Source: Veleropilina oligotropha (Eukaryota). Taken from it: 64,000 nt of DNA. Positions within the stretch are counted from its first letter, which is position 1. Each line of letters starts with the position of its first letter. Under the pieces are notes generated by a model, which saw nothing but the letters and a program-made list of their open reading frames with translations, made no database searches and had not been told where the DNA came from. This document shows, piece after piece, positions 26,138 through 38,107 of the stretch. Made by a program: the position numbers and the translations under genes. The stretch is taken from NCBI GenBank assembly GCA_048128005.1, contig JBEUKZ010000127.1, positions 310,001 through 374,000 on the forward strand, given 5' to 3'.

Positions 26138-27943
26138 ATGAAGTCTGAAGCCAGTGTTGATTCTGATGGTGACTTGAATGAAGAGAAGGAAAGCACCCAC
26201 GAAGGTCTGGAATTTGTCCAGTGCAATTTTTGTAGTAAAGCTTTCATCATAAAACTCGACGTGGATGCAGGGACAGAATCAAAGTCCAGGAAGGGTGTTT
26301 ATTCATGCAATCAGTGTAGTAAGGAGCCTGTTCCTGTAGAAAACTCCATAAAAGTTGAACGAGATTCTGAGCCTGAAAATTTTCTCGACAGCAATGAAGA
26401 CCAATCCGAAAGGATTTGTACTTCAAACGAGATGACATCGGATGTTGTCTGCCAGTCATCAGACGTAGTGGCAGCGCCCTCAAGTCCTGTTTGTATGTCA
26501 CATGATGATGTAAATGTGAAATCTTTAATAAAAGATGACATAAATGTAGACGACCAAGTATTAATTAAAGAAAAGTTGACAATGCAAAGCACATTGAGTG
26601 ACTCTTCAGTTGGAGATTCTATTGATCAATGTGATGATAATGCTAGTAATATTGCTGCTAATAATCCCTTTACAGGTGACAATTCTTCAAAAAGCGAGAC
26701 AAATCATGAAATGAAAGATGGCGTTTATGATTCAAGCAATGACAATCAGTTTACAGAAAATGTATCTAGTTCAAGCAAGGTCTTCATTGCTGTGGCCCCT
26801 CATTTCAAAAGCCTTCGTGCATCTAATATGTATAACTCGGATACTCTGGAATATATAAAGGCCCTGGAGGAGTATAATACAGCGTATCAGAAGCGGAACG
26901 GGAATGACAGCCATTCCTCTCTAACTGACGAAAACAATGCAGCCCCTGGAAGCCACAATGATAACATGTCATGTTTTAATATTATTGATCAATTACCTGT
27001 ACCATCAAGCGTGGATGGTTCTCTATGTGAGTCACTGGAAGACCAGAATGCACATATCAATAGTAACAGTCTTTTAACGATGAGTGCGTCTAGGCAATTG
27101 AAGAGGCGTAGGCACAGAGCTCGTGGCGGTGAAAAGCAATATGAAACTGCAGTTCGTGAAGAAACTGGATCCGCCCACTCGTGCACCTACTGCGGAATGC
27201 CATTCCCTGACCTTGCCACCCTCACCGAACATACAAAGGAGCATACAGGTGAAGAAGACAATATGTGTATGATTTGCAATAAGGTTATAAAAAAGCATTA
27301 TGAATTGAAAATACATGTTCGGGGGCATACAGGGCACAAGCCATTCCAGTGTTCAATCTGTTCTGTACGATTCCTGAAATATTCTCAACTGACGAAACAC
27401 GGTCGAATTCATTCCGGCGAAAAGCCATTTAAATGTAAGATATGTTTTAAGGACTTTCCTCGCGGAGACAATCTACGGAAGCATCTAAGGACCCATTCTG
27501 GCGAGCGTCCGTATAAATGCACATATTGTCCATGGGAATTTGCTGAGCATGGTCAACTACGGAAGCACATTAGAATTCACACTGGAGAAAAGCCGTTCAA
27601 GTGTACACTATGTCCGAAAGCGTTTCCCAGAAAAGAGAATCTACAGAAGCACACGAGGACCCACACTGGCGAGAAGCCTTTCAAATGTACATTTTGCGAG
27701 TGGAAGTTTGCTGAATGTAGTCATCTGATACGACACACTAACCGAGCTCATCTGGGCATAAAGGACGACAGGAAGAAACCAGTCATGAATTATGCCACTC
27801 GCATGAACTTTAAAATTCAAAGAATGAATTATCAAAGTAGTGCGCATGGATCATCAGCAACACCTGCGGAGGAGGTGACCCCGAAGACAGAAGAGGATGT
27901 AGTGCCCAGCGAAAACTTGCCAGTCAACGCGAATAATGATTAA
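26138..27943 (+). CDS. C2H2 zinc-finger protein, 7 tandem fingers, ~601 aa, one coding exon
   Basis: Open frame with seven C2H2 fingers joined by TGEKP-type linkers, an acidic/Ser-rich N-terminal half and a basic NLS-like RQLKRRRHRAR. First ATG is 26138 (in-frame TGA at 26078). Splice acceptor TTTTCAG at 26034. Confidence 0.9.
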   Translation: MKSEASVDSDGDLNEEKESTHEGLEFVQCNFCSKAFIIKLDVDAGTESKSRKGVYSCNQCSKEPVPVENSIKVERDSEPENFLDSNEDQSERICTSNEMTSDVVCQSSDVVAAPSSPVCMSHDDVNVKSLIKDDINVDDQVLIKEKLTMQSTLSDSSVGDSIDQCDDNASNIAANNPFTGDNSSKSETNHEMKDGVYDSSNDNQFTENVSSSSKVFIAVAPHFKSLRASNMYNSDTLEYIKALEEYNTAYQKRNGNDSHSSLTDENNAAPGSHNDNMSCFNIIDQLPVPSSVDGSLCESLEDQNAHINSNSLLTMSASRQLKRRRHRARGGEKQYETAVREETGSAHSCTYCGMPFPDLATLTEHTKEHTGEEDNMCMICNKVIKKHYELKIHVRGHTGHKPFQCSICSVRFLKYSQLTKHGRIHSGEKPFKCKICFKDFPRGDNLRKHLRTHSGERPYKCTYCPWEFAEHGQLRKHIRIHTGEKPFKCTLCPKAFPRKENLQKHTRTHTGEKPFKCTFCEWKFAECSHLIRHTNRAHLGIKDDRKKPVMNYATRMNFKIQRMNYQSSAHGSSATPAEEVTPKTEEDVVPSENLPVNANND

Positions 27944-29059
27944 TTTATTTCAATAAGAAAATTGATTTAAGACTAAGGCTTGATAATCTGCATAGTCAGT
28001 AGCATAATTATTTATGTATAAGATCACCACGTGACTTTATTGTGTACGTGTGCTGATGCAGCAAATTTTCCCTTGATTGACATCTACCCTTGTAGTGATC
28101 TTCGAATTTTAAACACTGTTTGGAGTGCTGCTTTCAAATAAATGAGCAGATTTCATCTATATCTCACATATGTGACCATCATTTACATAGTGTGATTCTG
28201 GAGATGTGATGAATTTTCACCGAGTAACTTTGCATTAATGTGCTGTGTGACATTAAGCCGAGGGGCTGACTACAGATTCGACTGCAAAATTTCTCAAAAT
28301 GTGATCTTAATACTAAACTGATTCACATCACATTAATGACAAAATCAAGGATACTGTGCATTTTGCTGTCACAGAGCTGTCTTGTTAATGCTCTACAGTC
28401 AACAGTTGTAATCCAATTAAATTTAAGTACAATAATGAATAATGCACATCAGTTATGATAAGGTCATGACGCCTAATCATTATTAACATGATCAGCCCAT
28501 TGTTATGGCGTTCAATTGACACGTCCGTGCATATTCAGAATTCAAGAAAGTTTGATCCATCCTTCGCCAACCTTGATAGGGATGTTTCGATCATATGATC
28601 TAGGACAAGTTTGATAACTTGGGAGATCATATCATTAGACCCAGAGTTATGGCCTTGAATTATTTAAGATTGACTCGTCTGCTCGAAAACTCAAGCAATT
28701 TCCATTCATTCTTCACAAAACTTTGTAATGATGTTTTCGATAATATTATCAAAAACAAGTTCGATAGCCAGCGTTATCTGATCATCAGAACCAGAGTTAT
28801 TGTCTTTGAAATATGTAAAAGTGACATCTGACGATATTGGTCATTTTCAGATTCAAGATTGCCATCAGCAGAATTTAAAACTAGCCTTAGTATGTTGGAC
28901 GTAATATTGTTTTAATGAGTGATTCCTGACTGAATTGACATTTGATTTTTATGACCTGAAGTTGCTTATATTTTTGTGCAACGTGATTGTCATGTTTGTG
29001 AGTTTTCGGCCTATTCATGAATTTCAATTTCGTCGCATCAAATGTCTATGTTACGATGA

Positions 29060-29670
29060 TTTTATTATTCCCCCGCCGCAAGCGAAGTGACTGGAGTATT
29101 CGGCTCCATCCATCCGTGCAAACTTGTTAGCGCGATATATCAAGACTGAATGAACCGATTTCATTTATTTTTGGTGGATGTATTCAATGGGGGATACCGC
29201 CAACACCAGTCGATTATGGTGACCTTGACCTCATTTTCAAGGTCACAGGGTACAGTTTACTCTTTCGCTCATTTAGATTTATCAGCGCGATATCTCAAGA
29301 CAGAATTAACCGATTTCATTTACATGTGGTGGATGGATACATTGGGGGATAATGACGACACCAGTCGATTATGGTGACCTTGACCTCAATTTCAAAGTCA
29401 CATGATGCACTTTACTATTTCCTTCATTTAGTTGATGTTAGCACGATATCTCAAGAGATAATTAACTGCTTCCATTTATATTTGGTGGATAGATACCCTG
29501 GGGGATGCCGCAGATGCCAGTCGATCATGGTGACCTTGACCGCATTTTCAAGGTAACAGGTTGTGCTTTATCATTTCACTAAATCTGATGTTAGCGTGAT
29601 ATCTCAAGACAGAATGCACTTATTTAATTTTTCCTGTCACAGGAGGCTCTTGACCGATACGTTCATTTTA
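29060..29670 (+). mobile_element. HINE-like element with three ~155-bp core repeats
   Basis: TTTTATTATTCCCCCG start, short (TCCA)n; core CCAGTCGAT(T/C)ATGGTGACCTTGACC at ~29206, 29361 and 29517. Confidence 0.6.
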
Positions 29671-31194
29671 GCATCATCGATGCGGTCAATCAAATTTGCA
29701 GTGGACTATTGCCACTTTAGTGGTAAACACTTGTTATTTGATATTCATGGACACTATATTTATATACATATTCTTTTAATTGTGTTTTTTCAAATGCCGT
29801 TTTCATTTTTAAATCATTTCTTTATCAGAAATGCATTGTATGTGATACTTGATCACCGTAGTACATATCTAATGTACATTTTTATCATATTGTAGTATTA
29901 TATTAAATATTTATACAAGTGAAGAGTATGTTTCATATTGCATTATGTATTCAACATTCCGTTAACAATTTTATAGTGGATTGATTCAAAGTTACTCGTT
30001 GATCATTATTTTCATATGTTTCCGCCATATTACAGTGTGAAAAGCTATTCTGCAGGGGTTGGAGGGTGTTGAATGGTTTCCGCATTGGCTTAGCTGTAAA
30101 ACACATGACATTTCATGCAGAGGAACATGTTTAAACGGGATTTGTGAACTGAGTATAGGTTTTGACTGTTATTAGTTTGCGCCATGATTTACATTATCTA
30201 TACATTCATTAAGAGAGGGTCTCCGACCAAACTGTTGGGGTCTTGGTCTGAATATTCTGGTATCGAGTGACATCTATCTGTAACGCCAATGACCTGAGAA
30301 TATGCATATTTTGAGGGGTGATTATTTATCAGCAAATTGAGTCTTATTCAATATGGACAGTCATGCAAATTTTTACACCGCATATATTTGTCAGGAATCC
30401 AAATTTCGCCTACATTATGATTATTAATTTAAATTCTTTAACCCATGTTTCCTCGCTTTGGAAAATGAGGATGCAATGTTACATCCAATTAATTGACATA
30501 GAACTTTCACCTTTGTATGGGATTCTTCATCTATTTGAACATTAGAGAAAATCGTCTTGGGGCATTTTTCAATTGGTCGCCACTGCCATTTTGAAAATCA
30601 CCACAAGCTTGTTGTGCAGCATCTGCAGTTAGTCCTAAACGAAAATCAAAGTCGTTCAAAATTTAAGATGGTCAACACTCAACAGAGACATTTTGAATAT
30701 CTTGCTGTATCAACCTCTCCAGATAAGTATAAATCATCATCTACCAATACGTTACTAACATGACCTGACGTTTCGGTTATAAAATAATGTAACCGAATGG
30801 ATAATGATGCAAACTCAGAATTCACTTGCGTGATTGCTCTGTCTAACATAAGTAGGTTATTCTTTATTATGTAAACTGTCCCATAACTGACTGGTGTTTT
30901 CCTATATAAATATGGAAAATTCCTGGTATGAGTCGAAATATTGTTAAGGCGAAGAGAAATGACCACTAACGTACCATTGGTATGCTTGAACCTGACATGT
31001 GCCAATTCGATGTTTTTGCACGTTTTGTAGTTCACCGTGTGGAACCGAATTTGACAACTTTGTCATATCAGAGACAGCCATATTCGCCTATTGCATCTTC
31101 TAAATCTCTTTCAAATGGCAAGTTTCACTACTCGATCCATTCCCAGATTTCAACCAATCCAAAAACTGCATGAAGTCGATTTGTGTGAAAGAAA

Positions 31195-31570
31195 ATTTGT
31201 CTGCACTGTGTCTACTTTTTGAACGTGGACATCTTGCTGCACGTCTGACTGTGTGCAGACAACAACTATGGTTCATCCGAAGAGACTGAGCAGGAATTCT
31301 GTTCTCGGATAAGTCGCCATTTTACTGACGACTGTGTTGTGGAACGACGCCGGCAGTGTAATGACCGGTGGTATCTCAGAAAATGGAATAATACACCTTG
31401 TGAATATGAACACCGCACATTGGTGCTGTAATCCCCCAGTACTTCTCATGTCATTCTCAGACAATAGCGTCGCGTCACTCGTTACAGCAAGACAAAACAT
31501 CGTACGGATAGTGAGGGACATTCTGACGCTGCACAATATCGATTTGCTTCCGTGCCTTGCTGACTCTCTA
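31195..31570 (+). pseudogene. Degraded Tc1 transposase remnant
   Basis: ILFSDKSPF (cf. VLFSDESRF), LQQDK (cf. FQQDN), IVRDILTLHNIDLLPCLADS (cf. I..L.WPA.SPD). Confidence 0.55.
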
Positions 31571-31577
31571 ATATTTC

Positions 31578-31790
31578 AGCGGCCTCTGTAGGTGAGTGGT
31601 TATTGCGTCTGACCCTAAACCGGGGCTATTAGGAGGGCCATGATTCGAGACCACCTGGCGGATTATTCTGTCGCTTAAATAATAGAAGGCATATGCCCTA
31701 TATTTCGGTCAGATTGGATTGAGACCGAAAACGGGGGATCCCGACTGCGATAACACTGAAAAATTTCCCAAAGTGGTAAATCAATGTTGT
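31578..31790 (+). mobile_element. SINE related to family B, diverged
   Basis: tRNA-like head GCGGCCTCTGTAGGTGAGTGGTT...GATTCGAGACC; shares CGGTCAGATTGGA.TGAGACC...TCCCGAC.GCG with 24750-24794. Confidence 0.55.
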
Positions 31791-32792
31791 CAATCAAATG
31801 TTTCACCGATCGAGCATAAATGAGATGAAATGCAGAATATCTTAGTCCAAACGTACGTGGTTCGCCAAAGAAATTTCAGACGCTGGTATAAGTGACTCTG
31901 TTATTTGTTAATGTGGTTATGGGATTATATTCCGCAAAACTGTTTAACCATAAGATGGGTTCTATGAGGTGAGGTTGCCAGTATTGTGACAATGCAAGAT
32001 GGTACACAAGAACTGCGTTAAATCCAGTCAACAATGTATTGACGGTTTCGAATTTGAACGCATGATGTGTGAATGTTTATTTTGTGCTCTCTCCGGCGAC
32101 GTAGGATTTCATGGCCGTAGCTACATTACAATGGCGCCGCCAACAACATCGACCTCAGAAAAAGTTGGCTGTTTGAGCTCACATGCCATTTTTTCATGGT
32201 TAACCACAACCTGCAGCCTTTGTTTCCATTGAAATGTGGACTTAAAACTGGAGCTCCGGGAAAGATCGTTCTAGGCAACCAAAATTCGTTCATTCAGGTG
32301 CTTCAAGTCACGAATTTTGCCGCTGAAGTAAACTTATAGTGCATGCAGCCAAGACCAAATAGTCGACGGGGTTCAAGTCGGAGTTGCAAGGTGGCCAATC
32401 TCCTGGTTCGAGGTATTCAGGGCAATTGCTTTTGTTCACGAATTAGTCTAACTGATCCAACAGCACTTTTTTCAATCACTGTGTGGGCGCGCGTGTTCAT
32501 TTTGGGTATTCCGTGGAGATTTGACAGTAAAGCGTTTCTCATCAGTCTCAGAAAACCAGATTTTCTTTACACCTTTATTTGATGGAAAAATTCCTTTAAA
32601 TGTTTTGCACCGGACTAAATGCTTTTTTGCACTGCTTCGAAGAGTTCTTTAATAGAAACACGCTTAAAAACCTTCAGACAAAGGTCTAGTTTTACGATCC
32701 GCTACACAGACGAACTTGAATGTCAGTTTCTTTTAGCTACTTCAGGCTCGCTACTGGTCGCCCTACTTGGCTCAAAATCGGGTCATTCACAT

Positions 32793-35150
32793 TAATAATA
32801 ATAATAGTAAAATTGATACTTATATAGCGCAATTTCCATTGTCGCAATGTTCAAATGCGCTGAGTTGGAACACAGTCAGTTGTATGCCGTCTTGAAGAGG
32901 TAGGTTTTAAGCTTGGATTTGAAAGCTGGAACAGTTTTTGCATGTTTTATGTCGCTGGGCAATGTGTTCCAGAGTCGTGGTGCGTAAACCGAGAAGGCTC
33001 GATCTCCTACTGAGCGCATGTTAGTCCTTAGTACATCTAACAAGTCTTTATGTGCAGATCGTAATGAGCGACGAGGCGCATAGTCAACCATGAGACTCCG
33101 AATATAGCCCGGGGCTTTGTTGGACATAGCCTTGAAAACAAGGAGTAATGACTTAAAGTCTACTCTGTCCTTGATCGGTAGCCAGTGGAGCTTGATTAAG
33201 ATGGGAGTTATATGGTTGCGACGCTTGGTCCTTGTTATGAGACGAGCTGCCTTGTTTTGAACGAGTTGAAGCTTCGATAGAATTTCAGATGGTAAACCAC
33301 ATAGCAGGCTATTGCAATAGTCAAGGCGTGATATCACCAGAGATTGTACAAGTTGCTTGGTCGTGGATTCTGTCAGTCTCTTACGGACATAACCGATGTT
33401 TCGGAGATGGAGACTCGACGTTTTAATGATTCTATTTATCTGAGGTGTCATGGAGAGTGTACGATCGAACATAACACCTAGATTGCTGATGGGGCCCTCA
33501 GTAACCTGCACCGTGGTACCTGCTACCGACAAGGACTTCACATTGACAGAATGTAGGCTGCGTCTCGTGCCGAACAGCATAATTTCAGTTTTGTTGGGGT
33601 TTAATTTGAGTTTGTTTGCTAACATCCATGTGTGAATTTCGGACAAACACAGTACTAATTTTAGGCATTGGTCATGTATATAAGATGGGTCATTCGGTTT
33701 GGTGAATGTCACATATATTTGGGTGTCATCAGCATATCCATGCATTTCGAGATCATGAGACGTTATGAGGTGATGGAGTGGCAGAATGTATATCAGAAAG
33801 AGCAACGGTCCCAACACAGACCCTTGCGGGACACCATACAGGAACGGTATGGTAACGGATGTCGATTCCATTATTTTATCATACTGTTTCCGGCCAGATA
33901 AGTACGATGTAAACCATTGTAGCACCGTACCATCTATGCCCAGTAAAGACACCATTATATCCAATAGTACTTGTTGATCGATAGTATCAAAGGCAGCACT
34001 AAGATCTAGTAGGATGAGTATTGCTACACCATGCTTGTCGATGCTGCGTGTGAGATCGTTATGCACCTTTATGAGTGCTGTCTCCGTGCTGTGTTGAGCT
34101 TTATACGCAGACTGCAGTGGGTCGTGCAGATGATTCTGATCCATGTATTGGTTTAGTCTGGCTGATACTGCTTTCTCTAGGATCTTGGAGAGAAACGATA
34201 AGTTGCTCACAGGACAATAGTTTGACTTTACATCAGGATCTAGATTGGGTTTTTTATTCAGTGGGTTAATGATGGCAACTTTCATCGAGTCTGGCACACA
34301 ACCGGTAGACAAGGATGAATTCACAATACGTGTGACCACAGGAACCAGCTCCTCAACGGCACACTTAACTAACCATGTTGGCATGGGATCAAGTGAACAT
34401 CCCTTGGTGGGCGATTTGGTGATGATTTTGTTAATTTCCTCGTCAGTAACTGGGTCGAATTGGGTCCATGACGCCATACACTGAGGGACAGGGAAAATAA
34501 GACCACCATAGACGTGAGGTACGTCATGTCGAATCTTGTCTATCTTCTCTTTGAAGAAAGTGGCAAAGTAGTTGGCCAGGACACCTGCCGACGTATGCAT
34601 GGGTAGCATCACTACCTTGTTACGATGGAGTATGTCGTTCATAACACCACTGAGTGCCTTCATATCCGTGCCCGATTGAGCAATCTTATCGTGATAGTAA
34701 GATGTTTGAGCGGCATCTAGCATGTTGTTGTAGCAGGTTCTAGAATTGTGATATATTTCCTTATGTATCGTGAGACCTGTCTGTCTCCATTTCCTCTCTG
34801 CAATACGCTTACTACACTTGGCAGTGTACAGTTCATCGGAAAACCATGGTTGTTTAGGGCGAATAGTCACAGTTTTTTTCTTAGCAGGTGCGTGATGATC
34901 GATGACTTCTGTTAACAGCTGATTGTAGCTGTCAGTGAGAGCATTTGTCTTTAGATTATCACTAACGGCCGCTAGCTACTCTCCAATGTCTGACTTAACG
35001 TAGCTAGTGTTAACGCTTCGTAATTTCCTGGTGGTAACAGTAACTCTCATAGGCACCGGTTTAGGATGTCGAATCTTACATATATGATGAGGTTGTGATC
35101 AGATAGCATATCACAAACTTTGACGTCGTTGACAATGTCCTGGTTACCAA
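32793..35150 (-). mobile_element. 5'-truncated L2-group LINE
   Basis: 3' end CAGCGCATTTGAACA...TGCGCTATATAAG followed by a (TTA)n tail; upstream degraded endonuclease end (SDHNL) at ~35090-35105. Confidence 0.9.
32876..34870 (-). CDS. LINE ORF2 reverse-transcriptase region, uninterrupted 664-codon frame (endonuclease missing)
   Basis: PWF, NYCPVSNLSFLSKILEK, LDLSAAFDTI, GVPQGSVLGPLLF, YADDTQ, LNPNKTE, SRLDYCNSL, DRAFSVYAPRLWN. Confidence 0.85.
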   Translation of the reverse strand: MTIRPKQPWFSDELYTAKCSKRIAERKWRQTGLTIHKEIYHNSRTCYNNMLDAAQTSYYHDKIAQSGTDMKALSGVMNDILHRNKVVMLPMHTSAGVLANYFATFFKEKIDKIRHDVPHVYGGLIFPVPQCMASWTQFDPVTDEEINKIITKSPTKGCSLDPMPTWLVKCAVEELVPVVTRIVNSSLSTGCVPDSMKVAIINPLNKKPNLDPDVKSNYCPVSNLSFLSKILEKAVSARLNQYMDQNHLHDPLQSAYKAQHSTETALIKVHNDLTRSIDKHGVAILILLDLSAAFDTIDQQVLLDIMVSLLGIDGTVLQWFTSYLSGRKQYDKIMESTSVTIPFLYGVPQGSVLGPLLFLIYILPLHHLITSHDLEMHGYADDTQIYVTFTKPNDPSYIHDQCLKLVLCLSEIHTWMLANKLKLNPNKTEIMLFGTRRSLHSVNVKSLSVAGTTVQVTEGPISNLGVMFDRTLSMTPQINRIIKTSSLHLRNIGYVRKRLTESTTKQLVQSLVISRLDYCNSLLCGLPSEILSKLQLVQNKAARLITRTKRRNHITPILIKLHWLPIKDRVDFKSLLLVFKAMSNKAPGYIRSLMVDYAPRRSLRSAHKDLLDVLRTNMRSVGDRAFSVYAPRLWNTLPSDIKHAKTVPAFKSKLKTYLFKTAYN

Positions 35151-35868
35151 TGTTTCCAGGGCTCTTGCGTTTTGGGCCTCACTTCCTGGACGCCGTTCGA
35201 TTTCTATCAAGTTAACGTCGATTTTATCCACTCTCGATTGAGATATTTCTTAATTAAGAATTTTGTTTAAGGAAGACCTTTTCTTCACGAAGTGGACGTA
35301 TAATATTCTTATCGATCTGAGTTAACACCATGTTATATTCTGAACCTTGAAAGAAAAAATTATTTAAATTTCAAGAAAATCATAGCAAGATATTAAAGTA
35401 CTGGGGGTTATACCGAAACTGTCCTGTTTGCACCAGAAGGCTAAAAACAAACTATGAACCACGCCATGTTTGATGACGAATGCCGGTTGTAAATAAAAGT
35501 TTGAAGATTAAAATTAGGATACTCTGTCATGCGTTTATTGTAAGCAACGGAATCAAGCCAAATCAAGATCGTTGACGTCATGAAAATGTACCAATGGGCG
35601 TGAAAAAGAACTCCGTTATTCATCCACTATATATATATATATATATATATAAACTATGAAGAGCAACAAATGCTGTTATGGCAAGAACTAATGTCGCTTT
35701 ATCAATATTATACTAAATCCAACAAATGAGAAATACTCTATTTAAATAACATTACATACACCACATGCGATTTCATTTTTATCGTTACCGAGTTTGAAGC
35801 GAGGTGTCGGCTGCTCACGATATAAAACAAGACTAAAGTTGTACAACAAGACAAAATTAAATTACATA

Positions 35869-37607
35869 CACCCCTCAAAACAAGTTGTGTTACACGTAAA
35901 TAATTTGATTAATTTTTTAAACAGGCCAGCCTATGGTTACACGTTATATACCATTGGAAAGAATATTCATTTCTGCATAGAGTGGTACAAAATTTTAAAA
36001 TATAGGGTCACGCTTCATCGCACAAGAACTCCAGAGAGCCATCAGGTGTCTCTATCGAAATTCACAACAAACTGAGCTCAGTAAAACTCCCAATAGAAGT
36101 GTGATTTCACGGCCCTCGACAAGAGTGATTTCTCTGAAAAATCCAACACCATCTCGATGTTTATCCATTACTTAATTATGTTGTGGATTAGTGACTAAAT
36201 TTCTGTACAATGCCCAAAATTGTGTCATTCCTCTGTCAATGTGGCACTCAATTGGCACTTGTAGTCAACATGGTGAAGCTAAAGAATTTGGATCGTGCTC
36301 GGGCATTAGGTTTTTTGCAATCTGGTCGGAATACAAGACGTGTAGCTGCACATTTTGGAGTTCACAGAGTTACGATATCCAGACTCAAATCAAGATTTCG
36401 TGATACGGGGGATGTTCAAGACAGAAGCCGGAGCGGGCGTCCACGGATCACAGCAGTGCGCCAAGATCGCTACATCGAGATTACTGTTGTTCGGAGAAGA
36501 TTTGTGACTGCACGGTCAATCCAGCTGGATTTGCAGAGGGCAGCCGGCCCTGGTGCTCAGAGAATCTCTGACCAAACGGTTAGAAACCGGCTACATGCAC
36601 GTCGGCCAGCCAAATGTCCAGCACTAACTGATGCTCATCGAGCTGCAAGGCTACAGTGGGCACGGCAGCATCGACGATGGACAAGGCAAGAATGGGGGAG
36701 AGTCTTATTCTGGGACGAATCCAGATTCTGCCTGAGGTCAATTGACGGTCGTCTCAGAGTATGGAGACGATGCGGAGAACGGTATGCCAACTGCTGCGTA
36801 CAACCTGCAGTATCATTTGGAGGGCGAAGTGTTATGATTTGGGGTGGAATCAGTAACCGTGCGAAAACACACGCGGTACTTATCCAAGGAAACCTTAACA
36901 GCCCTCGGTACATTGCAGAAGTTCTGCAGCCCCACGTTGTGCCCCATGCAAATCAAGTGGGAAATGGCTTCATCTTTCATCTTCAAGATGATAATGCCCG
37001 CCCACATCGAGCAAGAATTGTGGATCAGTTCCTGCAGGCACAGGGCATTCAGCGAATGTTTTGGCCAGCTTGCTGGCCGGACTTAAACCCTATTGAACAG
37101 CTCTGGGACCAGCTGGGAAGAGCAGCAACAGCCCGCATACAGGCCAACACCACACTCGACAAACTCAGGATCATCCTTACCGAAGAGTAGAACGCCATCG
37201 ATCAGGCTAGGATCACTCGGTTGATCAACAGTATGCGTAGACGCTGTGTGGCTTGCATCGATGCTCTTGGTGGCTACACCAGATACTGAGAAATTGTCAA
37301 TTGTCTTGTAACGGTTATTATCTCCATTCACTATGTTAGTTTTTGGCTATTCACTATGATGAAACAGCAATGAAATGAATCATTTGCTGCAGATTTTTGT
37401 TTGGAAAAAATGTGAATTTCGATAGAGACCATTGATGGCTCAATGGAGTTGTTGTGTGATGAAGCGTGACCCTATATTTTAATTTTTATATCACTGTATG
37501 CAGAAATGAAAATTCTTTCCAATGGTATATAAATTGTAACCATAGGCTGGCCTGTTTAAAAAATTATTCAAATTATTTACGTGTAACACAACTTGTTTTG
37601 AGGGGTA
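35869..37607 (+). mobile_element. Full-length Tc1-family DNA transposon (~1.74 kb) with ~200-bp TIRs and TA target duplication
   Basis: TA|CACCCCTCAAAACAAGTTGTGTTACACGTAAATAATTTG... at the left end; inverted copy at 37411-37607 followed by TA. Confidence 0.92.
36270..37289 (+). pseudogene. Tc1 DD34E transposase with a premature stop
   Basis: MVKLK... HTH, GRPR, FWDESRF, QDDNARPH-(34 aa)-E in PDLNPIE. TAG at 37188-37190 replaces the expected W; the frame continues NAIDQARITRLINSMRRRCVACIDALGGYTRY* to 37289. Confidence 0.9.
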
Positions 37608-37819
37608 TATAAAGCACAAGAATCATGACAAATGTGTCGGTTTTGTAAATGTTAACAATTATAAACACGTTTTCAGAATAATTTTAAAAATGGAACGTTA
37701 ATATGTTAATTTCTATATAAAGTTAATTCGAAGCTGCAATATTGAAATTAAATGAACATCAAACAATTTACATAACGTAACCTACTATACGTAACATTGA
37801 ATTTTTTATGCTATGAAAG

Positions 37820-38035
37820 GATAGATGCTGTATATTTCCAACCAAAGCAGGACATGTCCAGGAAAGTCCTGTCGCCCGGGAAAATCCGACCAGTTACCAA
37901 CAACTATGATTCATAACTTGAACATATGTGTGATGTCCCTGCCGAGGTTTGAACCCACTATTGTTGGCGTCAGCGGATCAAAGTCAGCGATTTTTCGGAG
38001 TCCACAACTGAAACCACACGACTGTCGAAGCGGCC
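37820..38035 (-). mobile_element. SINE family A copy, diverged
   Basis: GCAGGACATGTCC...CATAACTTGAACA...TTTGAACCCACTA matches the reverse complement of family A. Confidence 0.65.
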
Positions 38036-38107
38036 CTTATATGCTATGACTATCGGGAGTTAAACGATCTTACCTGGATGTCTGCACCTAATATTTTAAC
38101 TAAATAT

